Assembly: GCA_002269645.1 (NCBI GenBank)
Contig: NIVC01000274.1
Span: 1 to 64,000, forward strand
Direction: 5' to 3'
Length of the DNA: 64,000 nucleotides
Origin: Macrostomum lignano
Taxonomy: Eukaryota
Below the pieces are notes generated by a model. The model made no database searches. It was not told where the DNA came from and saw only the letters and a program-made list of their open reading frames with translations. The position numbers and the translations under genes were made by a program. Positions 44,185-57,172 of the stretch are shown here, in pieces. Each line of letters starts with the position of its first letter. Position 1 is the stretch's first letter.

Positions 44185-45863
44185 TGACTGGGAAAGTTTG
44201 TTGAAATATGAAAATTATAAATATGCTAATGATATTTTGGATATATGTCACACCGACTTAAAAAATTTACAGATAACCATTGAGAGGACAAAAATGTCAG
44301 TTTCCTCTAAAAGATGCGTTTAGGTTTTAATTTGAATAGCCTTCAAAAAAATGTATTTATTATGTTGTATAAGCTCATTTCGCTCATTGGATGTCATAAA
44401 AATATGCATACAGTATAAGTTTGCAACTAGAACCACAGCTAGTACTACTATTGAAATTTAGAGCAAAATATTGTATTGCTATGATACAAAATTGCAATAC
44501 TATGATTTTCACTAGATTATCTTCTAAATACTGTATCTAAAACAGTAGAAAATCTAAACTTTCTCAGAATAGCCCCTAAAACAGATATAAATTTAATGCA
44601 TTAAATTTGTGAATTATATTTTATATTTATTCAATGAATGTGTTGTGGGCCTGTCTGGCGCCTGCAGTCTGTTGCTTGTTACATGAGTTGAATACGAGCT
44701 ATATAAAATAAGTTAAAATAACTTTGTCTTTTGTTTATAAGATTTAGTATATTAGATAAGCAACTATTTACAAGGCTAAAATGCCCTTATAAGTCTGCGT
44801 AGAACAGCTTTCAGATTACTGGTCTACTAGAAGTGTATCCTGCTCCAAGTCCAAGGTCCATTAAAATAAATTAGACTTAATGCGGAAGTCAAATAAAATT
44901 GTAGAAGCTTTAGAACAGTTTAACACAGAATTTGACACTTTACTTTTCAAGTGCAGTAAAGTGAGTAGCAGTGTGTTAAATAATAGCCATTGCTTGTTTT
45001 AACTGACTATTAATCAAAAGCAATAGCTTTTAGCTGATTTTTTTGATGGGGTTAATTCAGCGATAATTTAATCTTGCAATCATCATATAGACAAATTAGG
45101 CCTAGGCTATAGACACAGCGTAATACTTGAGTATGTATTCGTTGCCTAGATGGGTCACTGATATATATATCATTCCTGTGGAATTCTTTTGGTGTGACTG
45201 AACAGCTGGTATTTAGATTTGACTTGAAAATAATAGGCCTGTTTTTAAATTACTTTTCTTGTTAGTAATTTAGAAATATGCCTGTATCATTCAAATAATT
45301 CCAGTCTCCTGTGGTAGGCCTTCGCCCTTGCTTTGGGCCTTGGGTTAGTTTTTTGGATAAGGGATAAGGAATTTTAGGCTTAGCCGCTTAGATATTACAT
45401 CTATGGCTAGGGCTAGACCTATGCGAGTAGCGAGTTCAATATTTCAAGTCCATATATTAAAATCATTTAGTAAAACTAATCTCTATGACTCTATTCTATA
45501 TGACTATATGCTATGCTATTAACAAAAACACTTGTTTAAAAGATCTGGGGCCTATTGGCTATTAGCCCTAACCCTTTTTCTCGGGTACCAGTTTGTTTTG
45601 GTTATGTGATTTTTGCTTATCACCAAAATGACTATTACTCAAACAACTAGGCCTACAAATATTGAAATATAATCTGTCACTACTAGTGTCTACTTGACCT
45701 TGAAGTTGAATATAGTCATACACTACATTGTCACATTGGTTCCTAAAAGTGTATGATCACCAAAATATATACTATAGTAATGGCTTTAATAATTTATTAG
45801 GGCCTAGCCTATTATTATTGACTATTTTAGACTTATAGGTCTAGGCTAGTGTTAGGACTCATA

Positions 45864-46212
45864 CATGCCCAACACCTGTCCAACTTGTCTGAACTAGACA
45901 GGTAAAATGGCTGCTAGCCAAGGTAAGTTGCAAAATCAAAAATGCAAAAAACAAAAAAATGGGAGAAAAAAAGAAAGAAAAAGAAAAGAAAAAAAGGAAG
46001 GAGAAAAAAGAGAAAAGAAAGAGGAAAGAAAAAGAAAAAGACAAGAGAAGAGAAAAAGGCAAGAAAAGTCATATACAAAGTGAAAATTATGTCGCAATCA
46101 GGGGAACTAAGTTGCAATTGGGAGGAACTAAGCTACAATCACGAGGAACTAAGTCACAAATCTGAACAAAACTAAGTTGTACTGGACAAGTGAAATTTTG
46201 AGGTTGGGCATG
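45864..46212. mobile_element. Tc1/mariner-type MITE (349 bp) containing an A/G-rich tract
   Basis: TIR CATGCCCAAC / GTTGGGCATG flanked by TA on both sides. Confidence 0.6.
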
Positions 46213-46430
46213 TATATTAAGGCTATAATCTGATATTCAAATAATAAATTTATATTAATAATATCAAGACAATATATTGCATTAGTTAGGCAAAATAGGC
46301 CAAAAAATGTAAAGAATAATTATTTTTCCATTAATATTTTTATGCTTTATTAATAATTATATAGACTTGTGGTAGAGTTTCTCGCTTAATTAATAGCAAA
46401 TAAATAAAGCTTAAGATCAACATTTATGGC

Positions 46431-46476
46431 GAAAACCAACGCGTTTCAACCTACTAGGGCCGTCGTCAGGGTATAT
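46431..46476 (-). ncRNA. Second, identical minimal hammerhead ribozyme in the inverted PLE copy
   Basis: Exact reverse complement of 49101-49146. Confidence 0.72.
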
Positions 46477-47179
46477 TTTATCACTGAACGAAACACTCAA
46501 TATAAATAAGCAAACGATTGTACTATCTCAAGTGTCAAATTGAAAACGGGAGGGTAACCAATGTACGAAAAACATAAAACTAGGGGTTGGAGTTAAGCGA
46601 GAATAATGAGAGAGAGAGAGAGAGAGAGAGAAGGCAAACAGATGTAAAAAAACACAAAATGTACGCGCAACAAAAAATAGTCAAACTCAAAACACCCTAA
46701 GAAGGTGGCCCGCACCACTATGAAGCAATTGCACATTGAGACTGGGATTTTGAGCTTTGATGTGCAGCGCTTCAAGAATGCTAAGCTTGAATTCAGAGTT
46801 AGCACAGTCGATAATTTTAAACAATTCAATCTGTTCTCTGTCACAGCAGCCCTTGCATTCCAGAAGGTGGTCCTGGATAGCAGATTTTTTCAGCCAATGC
46901 TCCCTAACTCTGGTGTGCAGGTAGGTGTCTTGGTTTTTCCCACGTAAAAGATATTCTGATCTTCAGAACAACAAAATTTATAGACGACACCTGCAACTAG
47001 AGCACGAGGAACACGGGACTTGAGATTGCTGACAAATTGACCCACCTTGGCAGTGCGAAAGACAATCCTAATCGGAGTGTTGTACCATTTCTGAAAAGAT
47101 CTCTCAAGCTTCTTTTTCAACAAGATAGACGGGATACCATAGAACGGCAAGATCATCACGGGGTCATCCGGCTTTTTAC

Positions 47180-48893
47180 TACAGGCTTTTTCATCAGACG
47201 CTGAAGCAGCTTAAAGGGAATGACAATATCAAGGTTGTTGGCTATGACAAAGGCTACGGCGTTGCTATCATGGATAGTGATGACTATAAGAGTAAGCTTA
47301 ATTGCATTGTGCAGGATCAGGCTAAATTTCAATGTCTTGGAACTGTGAGTGAGGTCACTATGGCTCATCCTGTTCTCAAGGCTGAGAGATCTCTTCAGAC
47401 TTTTTTGAGGACCCATGCCAAGCAGCATCTTAGCAATGAGATTCTTAAGCGCATTATGCCGAATGGCAGCCAACCTGGCCAGCTGTACGGCCTTTGCAAA
47501 GTTCACAAACCTGACAAACCGCTGAGACCGATTGTGTCTATGATTAACACTGCTGAGTATGAACTGGCCAGATACTTGGATTCTCTGATCAAACCATGCA
47601 TACCAAAGGAATTCTCCGTCAACTCTAATTGCCAGTTCATTCAAGCCTTGAGTCAAATCAGTCCGAAAAGTGAGGATTTTCTCTGCAGTTTTGACGTGAC
47701 TTCGCTTTTTACCAATGTCCCTTTGAAGCTGGCTATTGATCTCGCCACTGATCATGTGTACAATATGAAACCGCCTGGGTTACCAAAGACTGTGTTCAAA
47801 AAGTTGTTAGGCTTCGCTACCTCTGGCATCTTCATGTTTGATGACAAATATTATTGCCAGATTGATGGTTGTGCCATGGGAAGCCCGCTTGCTCCTACTC
47901 TGGCCAATGTTTGCATGGCGCACTGGGAAACGGAGTGGATGTCGCTTGAGTGTGCGCCAACTTTCTACAAGCGCTATGTTGATGACACTTTTGTCATTTT
48001 TGATGACCGGGCTAAGTACCAAGAGTTTTTTCGGGCTCTGAATTCAACCCACAGCAACATCCAATTTACCGTTGAGATGGGAGGTAAAAAACTTCCGTTT
48101 CTCGATGTTGAGGTTGATCTGAGCAGTGGCCAAGTCTCTACTCGGGTTTATCGCAAGCCCACGTTTACTGGTTTACTGTTGAATTTCAATGCCCTCTGTC
48201 CGAAACAGTGGAATATTGGCCTGATCCATTGTATGCTGCACAGAGCTTACTCTCTGTGTAGTTCCTGGGCTGCGTTTGATGAGGAGGTGAAAAATTTGAC
48301 TAGGATTTTCAGTATGAACGGATACCCAAAAAATCTCATTAGTCGGTTGATTTTCAAGTTTGTCACTGATAAGGTTACTGGCAGACTGCAACAGAATCAT
48401 AGTAAAAAGCCGGATGACCCCGTGATGATCTTGCCATTCTATGGTATCCCGTCTATCTTGTTGAAAAAGAAGCTTGAGAGATCTTTTCAGAAATGGTACA
48501 ACACTCCGATTAGGATTGTCTTTCGCACTGCCAAGGTGGGTCAATTTGTCAGCAATCTCAAGTCCCGTGTTCCTCGTGCTCTAGTTGCAGGTGTCGTCTA
48601 TAAATTTTGTTGTTCTGAAGATCAGAATATCTTTACGTGGGAAAAACCAAGACACCTACCTGCACACCAGAGTTAGGGAGCATTGGCTGAAAAAATCTGC
48701 TATCCAGGACCACCTTCTGGAATGCAAGGGCTGCTGTGACAGAGAACAGATTGAATTGTTTAAAATTATCGACTGTGCTAACTCTGAATTCAAGCTTAGC
48801 ATTCTTGAAGCGCTGCACATCAAAGCTCAAAATCCCAGTCTCAATGTGCAATTGCTTCATAGTGGTGCGGGCCACCTTCTTAGGGTGTTTTGA
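47180..48893 (+). CDS. Penelope RT and GIY-YIG endonuclease (5'-truncated; frameshifted at about 48630-48655)
   Basis: YDKGYGVAIMD, LYGLCKVHK, LRPIVS, SFDVTSLFTNVP, GCAMGSPLAP, RYVDDTF, LPFLDV; GVVYKF...(F)YVGKT, HTRVREH, ILEALHI. Confidence 0.92.
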
Positions 48894-49100
48894 GTTTGAC
48901 TATTTTTTGTTGCGCGTACATTTTGTGTTTTTTACATCTGTTTGCCTTCTCTCTCTCTCTTTCTCTCTCATTATTCTCGCTTAACTCCAACCCCTAGTTT
49001 TATGTTTTTCGTACATTGGTTACCCTCCCGTTTTCAATTTGACACTTGAGATAGTACAATCGTTTGCTTATTTATATTGAGTGTTTCGTTCAGTGATAAA

Positions 49101-49146
49101 ATATACCCTGACGACGGCCCTAGTAGGTTGAAACGCGTTGGTTTTC
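49101..49146 (+). ncRNA. Minimal type I hammerhead ribozyme in the PLE terminal repeat
   Basis: acc-CTGACGA-(C)GGCC-CTAGTA-GGTT-GAAA-CGCGT-T^GGT: core boxes, short stem II, palindromic ACGCGT stem III, stem I ACC/GGT. Confidence 0.75.
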
Positions 49147-49446
49147 GCCATAAATGTTGATCTTAAGCTTTAATTATATAGACTACTAATATTTTAATTA
49201 ATAATTTAATTACATTGCCCTAAAGCTTAAGTTTGTGTTTAAGGCTTTTGAATTTAATAATTATATTTTACATATAATTTGGTCAGTGCATAGGCCTAGC
49301 CATAGCCATAGGCCTATTTATTTTTACAACTATAGAATGTTTTTTCAAAGAATCTATAAAAAATCTAAGTAAAGTCAAAAAGATTTTTTAAGTATTCCTT
49401 GAAAATTTAATTTGTATCACCTTTTTGCTATCATTTTTCTGATATT

Positions 49447-52400
49447 ATGCCACTAATCAGGGCAAATTTAAAATATCGCCACTTATTTGGTGAGCAAGTT
49501 CGCAAAGACCAACAATTTGAAAATGTTCCAATTAGTCGCAATGCTCATGATGGCCAATTTGTGGCTGTTAATTCAGAATTTCTAGCTGTGAGCTGCGAAT
49601 CATCTGGTGGTGGCTCTTTCCTTATTCTTCCTATTGACAAGGTGAGCATAAATACAATTTCTTTTTTGATAACTGGTTAGCTTGCTCTATCTTATTTAGC
49701 TAGTTGATATTAGTTTTTTGGAGTTCTAGCTAGTTGTTGGACTCCTAGCTAGCTAAAATCCCAGCTATTAGGAGTCCCAGCTGCCTGGAATCCCAGCTAT
49801 TAGGAGTCCCAGCTGCCTAGAATCCCAGCTATTAGGAGTCCCAGCTGCCTAGAATCCCAGCTATTAGGGGTCCCAGCTGGCTGGAATCCCAGCTATTAGG
49901 AGTCTCAGCTGCCTGGAATCCCAGCTATTAGGAGTCCCTGGCTGGCTGGAATCCCAGCTATTAGGAATCCCAGCCAGATTGCTATGCGCTAATTATTTCT
50001 CACCACCCAACACACAGCCGGGCCGTCTGTCGCCATTGAATCTGCACAAAATATGCGGCCACTCCAGCGCCATAATTGACTTAGCCTGGAATCCCTTCGA
50101 CGACCGGGTGCTGGCCACAGCCTCTGAGGATGGCTACGTGAAGCTCTGGCGCGTCGCCGACCCGTCGGAGGTGTCGCCGGCGGCCGAATTGGAGCACAAC
50201 CGTCGGCTGCTGTACACCGCCTGGCATCCGGCTGCTGCGGACGTCCTGTTGACTGCGTCATACGACTGCGAGGTGGCCGTGTGGGCCGACTGCCGGCTGT
50301 GCAGCACTATAGGCCATCCAGATCACGTCAACAGCATCGCCTGGAGCCCGGACGGTCGCCTGCTAGCCAGCACCTGCAAGGACCGTCTGGCCAGGGTGAT
50401 GGACCCGCGCAGCGGCTGCACAGTGGCTAAATGGACCTGCCATACGGGGGCAAAAATTAGCAAGATCCTATTCTCGGACGATTGCCGGTTGTTAACTACG
50501 GGATTTAGCGAGTACAGTCAGCGTCAGTACGCGCTGTGGGATCTGGTGAGTGAATTATTTGTGTTTTAATTGCGGATAGACTTGAATCTATAATTTATAG
50601 GGGGAGTATGGTGTAATTTTATTGAATAAAAGTCAATGTCTTGGGTCTTGCGCTGTTGGATTTTTCGTCTACTATTAAAGTTATTGCATTGTAGTGTAAT
50701 ATTTATGATTTAATCGTGAATGAAGAGAAACCAGGTTGTAGCCTAGTGGTTAGAGCGTCGGACCTACGACTGAAAGGTCGGGGGTTCGATTCTCGACTCA
50801 CTCGGAACAATTTGTGTCCTTGAGCAAGACACTTAACTCTGCATTGCTTCAGTTCACCCAGCTGTAAAATGGGTGCCAGCATTAGCTGGGGTAATTGAGG
50901 CTGTGTGTGGCGACCCCCCAGTCCTTGGACTGAACAGCCGTACGCAGCCTTCAGATGCGCCGCGCAATGGCTGCGACTGAGCTGTCGGTTGCACATCTGG
51001 CCATTAGGGTAGATGTAATCAATTATTACTATCTTTTTTGTATAGAGTAAAAATGTTTTATTTCGCAAAGAAAGTTAAACAAAATCATTTAAATTAGATT
51101 CGTATCCCCGATTAGATGGTCTCTTGTCTTGTCGGCTTTGAATTTTTGTTTAATTCTCTTCTTCTGATCTCAATTCCGATATGAGAAATAGGAGTTTGAG
51201 GACATGCAAATTAAAGGCAGACAGTCGTAAATGAACAAATTTTTAACGAAAAGCATTCTTTCGTTTGTCCTCAATTGTGGACCCACTTTGTTAAAATTTA
51301 GCAAATTTATACATGCGCCAGCATAACTACATGCTGCTTTCTCTCTGTCTCTTGAACTAGCTAATGAAATCTTGTGCCAGATGAAGCATAGAAAGCTTTT
51401 AAATTGTTTGCTACATTCTTGTTTAACTTTAATAGTCGAACTGCGTAATTACCGTATGAATTAGATAGACAAAGTGCCTGCATATTATGATGTTGCAGAG
51501 TTATTTACTGCTGGCTTTTAGAAGCCTGCTAAGTTTGCTCTCAGTCTGGAATTTTATCTTTTTCAATCGGGTTACGTAAATGCGCAATCCAGCTACTTTA
51601 AGTAGTTTGTATTTCAGTAATTTAAGTACTGGTGTGCATACAAAGACGAATTTGATTTTTAAGTAATATTCTCTGGATACTACTTTCTACTTAATCGTAT
51701 TAGTAGTATAAGACACATTACTAATCATTTAATCATTTATAATGCAGTATGACAAATCAATTCTTTTTTTAACAGAACAAAACAAGCCGCGCCTTGCACA
51801 GCGACGAAGTCGACTCGAGTTCGGGCGTTCTGCTGCCCTATTACGACCCCGACTGCAGCCTGCTCTACTTAGCGGGCCGCGGCGACGGCAATATTCGTTT
51901 CTACGAAATTAGCCGGGGCCGGCTGCACTTTCTCAATCAGTTCAGCACGCACAGTCCGCAGAAGTGCATCGCCCAGCTGCCTAAACGGGCACTGGATCGT
52001 TCGCTGTGCGAAGTTGGCCGGCTCTATCGGCTGCACGTGGCTTCGAATGTTGTCGAACCAGTCCGGGTCATCGCTCCCCGGCGCGGTCATCACGTGTCCG
52101 ACATTTATCCGCCCGCCGCGGCGCCAATTCCTGCGCTAGGCGCCGATCAATGGCTGGCTGGCGCCAATCGCGACCCGGTGCGAGTGTCCCTATCAACTGG
52201 CGAGATTATCAACCCGCCGCTGCCGCCGCCGCAGAAGCCGCAGTCGCCTCCGCAGGCGCCGCAAGCGCAGTCGTCAAGTTCAAATGGAGGCGACCCGACG
52301 CACCAGCTGACCCCGGGCACACTGCGCAACATCCAGCATCTGGTGCAGGCTGCGTCTCCACCCAGGCCGACTCTCAACTCGGAGACGGCGGCTTCGACCC

Positions 52401-53983
52401 CGGCAGATCCAGCTGCCGCAGCACCCGACACCGCCGCCACGGCTGCACCAGCTGGCACCAGCTGCGGACCAGAGAAATTCTCTCGTCTGTTAGAGAAATT
52501 CCAGCATCTTGATTCTCCATCAACTGTCGCTATTGAAGGCGGCGGCCCGTTCTCTGGTCGACGATCGCAGAGTTTTCGACATCCGCGCTCGTCTAGGCCT
52601 GTGTTTGCTGTCAATTCCGCTTCTTCCACTGCTGCCGCTGCCACTGCTGCCGCTGCTGCTGCTGGCCCCGCCGCTGTCGCAGCCGCTGACGACTCCACTC
52701 TGAATACCAGCGCGTCTGTTAAACGTCGAGCCTCAACTGTTACTACTAGTAGCGTGGTTGTCCGGCCGCAATTGAAGAATTCCACTGCTCGGGTTAGTTA
52801 TTGATTGTTTATTGTCATTTTCAATAAATCAGCGGGATTTGAATTAGTATCCTACAATTGCTATAATTACTCACTTAGATTTCGCCCCAGGAGCCCAGTC
52901 CAGGCGGGGATGCCTCAGCTGCTGTTAGCAACAGTGCCTGCGGACCAACTGCCGACATGGACTCGTCCTCTGGCCGGCCTGATGCCGTTTCAACTGAAGA
53001 GGTCAGTGCGAGCTTCAGTGTTCAGTTTCAGGCTGTAATGAGGCTCAGTTTCAGGCTGTAATGAGGCTTAGTTTCAGGCTGTAATGAGGCTCAGTTTCAG
53101 GCTGTAATGAGGCTCAGTTTCAGGCTGTAATGAGGCTCAGTTTCAGGCTGTAATGAGGCTCAGTTTCAGGCTGTAATGAGGCTTAGTTTCAGGCTGTAAT
53201 GAGGCTCAGTTTCAGGCTGTAATGAGGCTCAGTTTCAGGCTGTAATGAGGCTCAGTTTCAGGCTGTAATGAGGCTCAGTTTCAGGCTGTAATGAGGCTCA
53301 GTTTCAGGCTGTAATGAGGCTCAGTTTCAGGCTGTAATGAGGCTTAGTTTCAGGCTGTAATGAGGCTCAGTTTCAGGCTGTAATGAGGCTCAGTTTCAGG
53401 CTGTAATGAGGCTCAGTTTCAGGCTGTAATGAGGCTCAGTTTCAGGCTGTAATGAGGCTCAGTTTCAGGCTGTAATGAGGCTCAGTTTCAGGCTGTAATG
53501 AGGCTCAGTTTCAGGCTGTAATGAGGCTCAGTTTCAGGCTGTAATGAGGCTCAGTTTCAGGCTGTAATGAGGCTCAGTTTCAGGCTGTAATGAGGCTCAG
53601 TTTCAGGCTGTAATGAGGCTCAGTTTCAGGCTGTAATGAGGCTCAGTTTCAGGCTGTAATGAGGCTCAGTTTCAGGCTGTAATGAGGCTCAGTTTCAGGC
53701 TGTAATGAGGCTCAGTTTCAGGCTGTAATGAGGCTCAGTTTCAGGCTACATTCAGCCTCATTTAGTGACAGCTCAAACACCAGCCGCCATCTGTATGTCT
53801 CTCCAGCTAACCAGCCAGCTAGCGGCCAAAGATGTGGAGCTATCCAGCCTGCGGAAAGAGCTGGCCTTTCGAGATATGCGTCTAATGAGACTGGAGAAGG
53901 AGCTGCAGTCCAAGGAGAGCGAGCTGGTGTATCTCAGGACTCTGCTGAGACGCTACGGTGACAGCCGGTCAAGCCAGTGCTGA
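49447..53983 (+). CDS. CORO: Coronin (WD40 actin-binding protein with long unique region and C-terminal coiled coil), about 679 aa; exons 49447-49641, 50018-50545, 51776-52792, 52879-53001, 53807-53983
   Basis: KYRHLFG, GGGSFLILP, GHSSAIIDLAWNPFDD, ATASEDG, TCKDR...DPR, DSSSGVLLPYYDPD, GRGDGNIRFYE, VIAPRR; heptad-like tail; all introns phase 0 GT-AG. Confidence 0.93.
49740..49975. repeat. 32-bp minisatellite (CCCAGCTATTAGGAGTCCCAGCTGCCTAGAAT) in coronin intron 1
   Basis: Visible array; the unit is a diverged 16-mer dimer. Confidence 0.93.
50730..51030 (+). mobile_element. tRNA-derived CORE-SINE-like element in coronin intron 2
   Basis: tRNA-like head with A box (TAGCCTAGTGG) and B box (GGTTCGATTC), then GTGTCCTTGAGCAAGACACTTAAC...CAGCTGTAAAATGGG, matching the MIR/CORE central domain. 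Confidence 0.75.
53025..53748. repeat. Highly homogeneous 23-bp minisatellite (AGGCTCAGTTTCAGGCTGTAATG), about 31 copies, in coronin intron 4
   Basis: Visible array filling nearly the whole intron. Confidence 0.98.
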
Positions 53984-55354
53984 CTGCAGGATGACCTTCA
54001 TTTAACCATCTGTCTGTCTATCACCTGATCTATATGCTTGTTTTCTAAGAAAAGTCTTCGCTTCCAAATTCGAATTTATGGCGAGTAAGTTGATAATAAA
54101 GTTAATAGAGGGACAGTTCAAAGTGAATCAAGTGAGGGCACTGCGTATGCATACCGGTATATACGTTTCGTCACTAGTCAGTTTTTGCACTAGTAACAAA
54201 ATGACAGCACCATCACATAATACTATATTTAGTAGCTTTGCCAGTGTAATTATTGCAGATCCTCTTTTTAGCGATCACACCAGCGGTATGCGTGCTTTTA
54301 TGCGTTTTTAAAAATTATATAACTATTTAAACATAACATTGCCCAGTATTCACCATTCCAATATGCTGTGTATAAAAATATTAATTCACATTGTTTTTTG
54401 TTGTTTCAGACCCTTTCTATGGTTACCTTGTGAATTTTATTTTTTTTTTACTTTTTTCGGGGGAAGTTTCATTCCATGCAAAAAATGTTTGCTATGCTAC
54501 TTAGAACTTGAAGTAAGTAGTGTAGTTTGCGTTTGCGGCTATGCTGATCTCTTTTCTCTCTTAAAATACAAATAACTGTCAATCCAGAACTTATAAGACA
54601 ATAGGTTTGCATTGTTAGCTTGCGTTCCCTGTACACTTTCACATGCTCACTGCTCACCCTTACTATGCTACTGTTTTAATACTACTGTCGAGTGTGCTAA
54701 TTTGTTGTTCTTTATGACTCAGCTTATGACTCAGCTGATCTGATTAACGATTAATATTCTGCCATGCGCCGAGTTTAGTCGCAAATTATCCCTGTAATTG
54801 TGCGTTTTCACAATCCTCCTCTGTTGTAGTTTTAAACAGCTTTGAGTAAACTATAAGGTATGAGTAAGGTACAGTATTGGCATTCGTAAGAGATTATATA
54901 ATGCTGAACTGCCAAATTGTGTAATATCTAACTTGGTTTTAATCCCCATTAGGTTGTGCTTGACATCATAAACTAATTGTATATTGAAAAACTACCATTC
55001 AGCTTTAGAAGTCAAAATCGTGAGCAATTCTCGTTCAATGTTAATTAAGTTTCTGTTAGAATTTTTACTATATAAACAGTGATTTTTGTCAATAATTACA
55101 ATTTAAATTGACAGCGTCAATAGTGCAAATAGATGAGTGAAATATTTATTGTGCTCCCTGTCAATAAAAAATACTTTTTACGTTGATAAACATAAACAAT
55201 GCCTCTTATTCACAGCTAGCAGAAGGCCTAGTTTTCAGCATAAATTTTTGACATTTGAGAAAATTCTAAACTTTCTTTTTCCAACAGAGTTACTTTATCA
55301 AGTTATATTTCATATTTTGGATTATGCCATTATCATCGTAAATCACAAATCCTA

Positions 55355-55700
55355 GAGTCGCCCATTAGCCAGTCCAATAATCGCCCATTAGCCAGTCCAA
55401 TAATCGCCCATTAGCCAATCTTAGAATCGCCCATTAGCCAGTCCAATAATCGCCCATTAGCCAGTCTTAGAATCGCCCATTAGCCAGTCCAATAATCGCC
55501 CATTAGCCAGTCCAATAATCGCCCATTAGCCAGTCCAATAATCGCCCGTTAGCCAGTCTTAGAATCGCCCATTAGCTTATCCAATAATCGCCCATTAGCC
55601 AGTCCAATAATCGCCCATTAGCCAGTCCAATAATCGCCCATTAGCCAGTCCAATAATCGCCCATTAGCCAGTCCAATGATCGCCCATTAGCCAGCCTCAG
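55355..55700. repeat. 22-bp minisatellite (ATCGCCCATTAGCCAGTCCAATA)
   Basis: Visible array. Confidence 0.95.
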
Positions 55701-56789
55701 AATCCAATCTATCTGAGGCAGTTTTGGCTTCAGTAATGTGCGGCAATCGCATCGGGTATATGCAGCCTAAATTCTCGCAAAAGAAGAATTGATTTGCATT
55801 TCACAGCTGGCTACATTATGAATTTCTCATGTTCCCAAAAACCCGATACAGTCTTACTAAGGTTACTGGGCTTCAATTTTAATCCTCATTCGGCCCCTGT
55901 ATTGATTTCATTCGGCTGAAAAAAGCAGAAAAAGAAACCAATCAAGTCGGGCAATACAGATATTCGTCAAGAGCTCCAAGTCTGTGGATGCTGCTTGCTG
56001 TTTAGCAATATTTGTACTTTTATTAGCAAACTCATTTTACCTGCAATGCTTGTTTTAATAGCACACAAAATTTTCCATTCTCGTAAGCAATAAATAAGCC
56101 ACGTCATTATAGTAAGGCTGCAAAAAGCTCCGTAAGAAGCATAAAATGCAAAACTACAGCCGTGCAGCTGTTGATAGGCTGAAAGTGGAAACTGCTGAAG
56201 CGTGAGCTGAGCTCTCTATAGCACTTTTGCCGGGTTGTGCATGTACAGCGCAGCTCAGGAAAGGTATGAAGTGCCAACTCATAGAGGGAGGCACTGGAGA
56301 GAGCTAGAATCGATTGAATTTCTGCAGAACTCCTGGAGCATGAATTGCTGATTAGCTGCTTCTGTCCCGGCAGGTGAGACTGCGCTAGGCGAGAGAGTGA
56401 CATTGCATTGAATTGGCATCATAGCCTGCATGGGAACATGATGAAGGAGAAACTGGCATTAGATTGGTGAATGGGGATGCTTCTTTGAGGATCGGGGCCG
56501 GTTGCTGCTACAAGCTATAGCTGGACCAGTTGCATGACAATGCAGCCTCGCTTTGTCGAGCCTCCGGGCAGTTTGAGATGAAACATTTCCAGTTAAAAAC
56601 TCATAAAATTTTCTGCGAACGAACTCCGAGAAAGCTGACGCGAATTTCAATTTTATCCAACAAAAAACGAGAAAAAGAGCCCCGATAATGAAACACACTT
56701 TTCCTTTGGGAGCATGATGTGTTATTTTTTAAATTATGCTTCTCTAAATTTTATATTTCCTCTCCTTTTTTGTCCGTCTTTTCTTACTA

Positions 56790-57172
<383 letters not shown>

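Larger units (their letters stand above)
46368..49172 (+). mobile_element. Penelope-like retroelement, 5'-truncated, with an inverted copy of its 3' end on the left
   Basis: 46405-47181 is the reverse complement of 48400-49172; PLE RT plus GIY-YIG; 14-bp direct repeat TAATTATATAGACT at 46354-46367 and 49171-49184 (candidate TSD). Confidence 0.93.

Noticed and set aside
45908-46175. Lys/Arg-rich or Phe-rich ORFs and an ATGGCTGCTAGCCAAG|GTAAGT mini-exon
   Set aside because: Lie inside a TA-flanked MITE with an A/G-rich tract; compositional artefact.
46593-47159. ORFs duplicated at 48585-48984
   Set aside because: Mirror images from the Penelope inverted repeat, not separate genes.
50734-50805. 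Possible functional tRNA gene
   Set aside because: Acceptor stem is imperfect and it runs directly into a CORE domain; interpreted as a SINE head.
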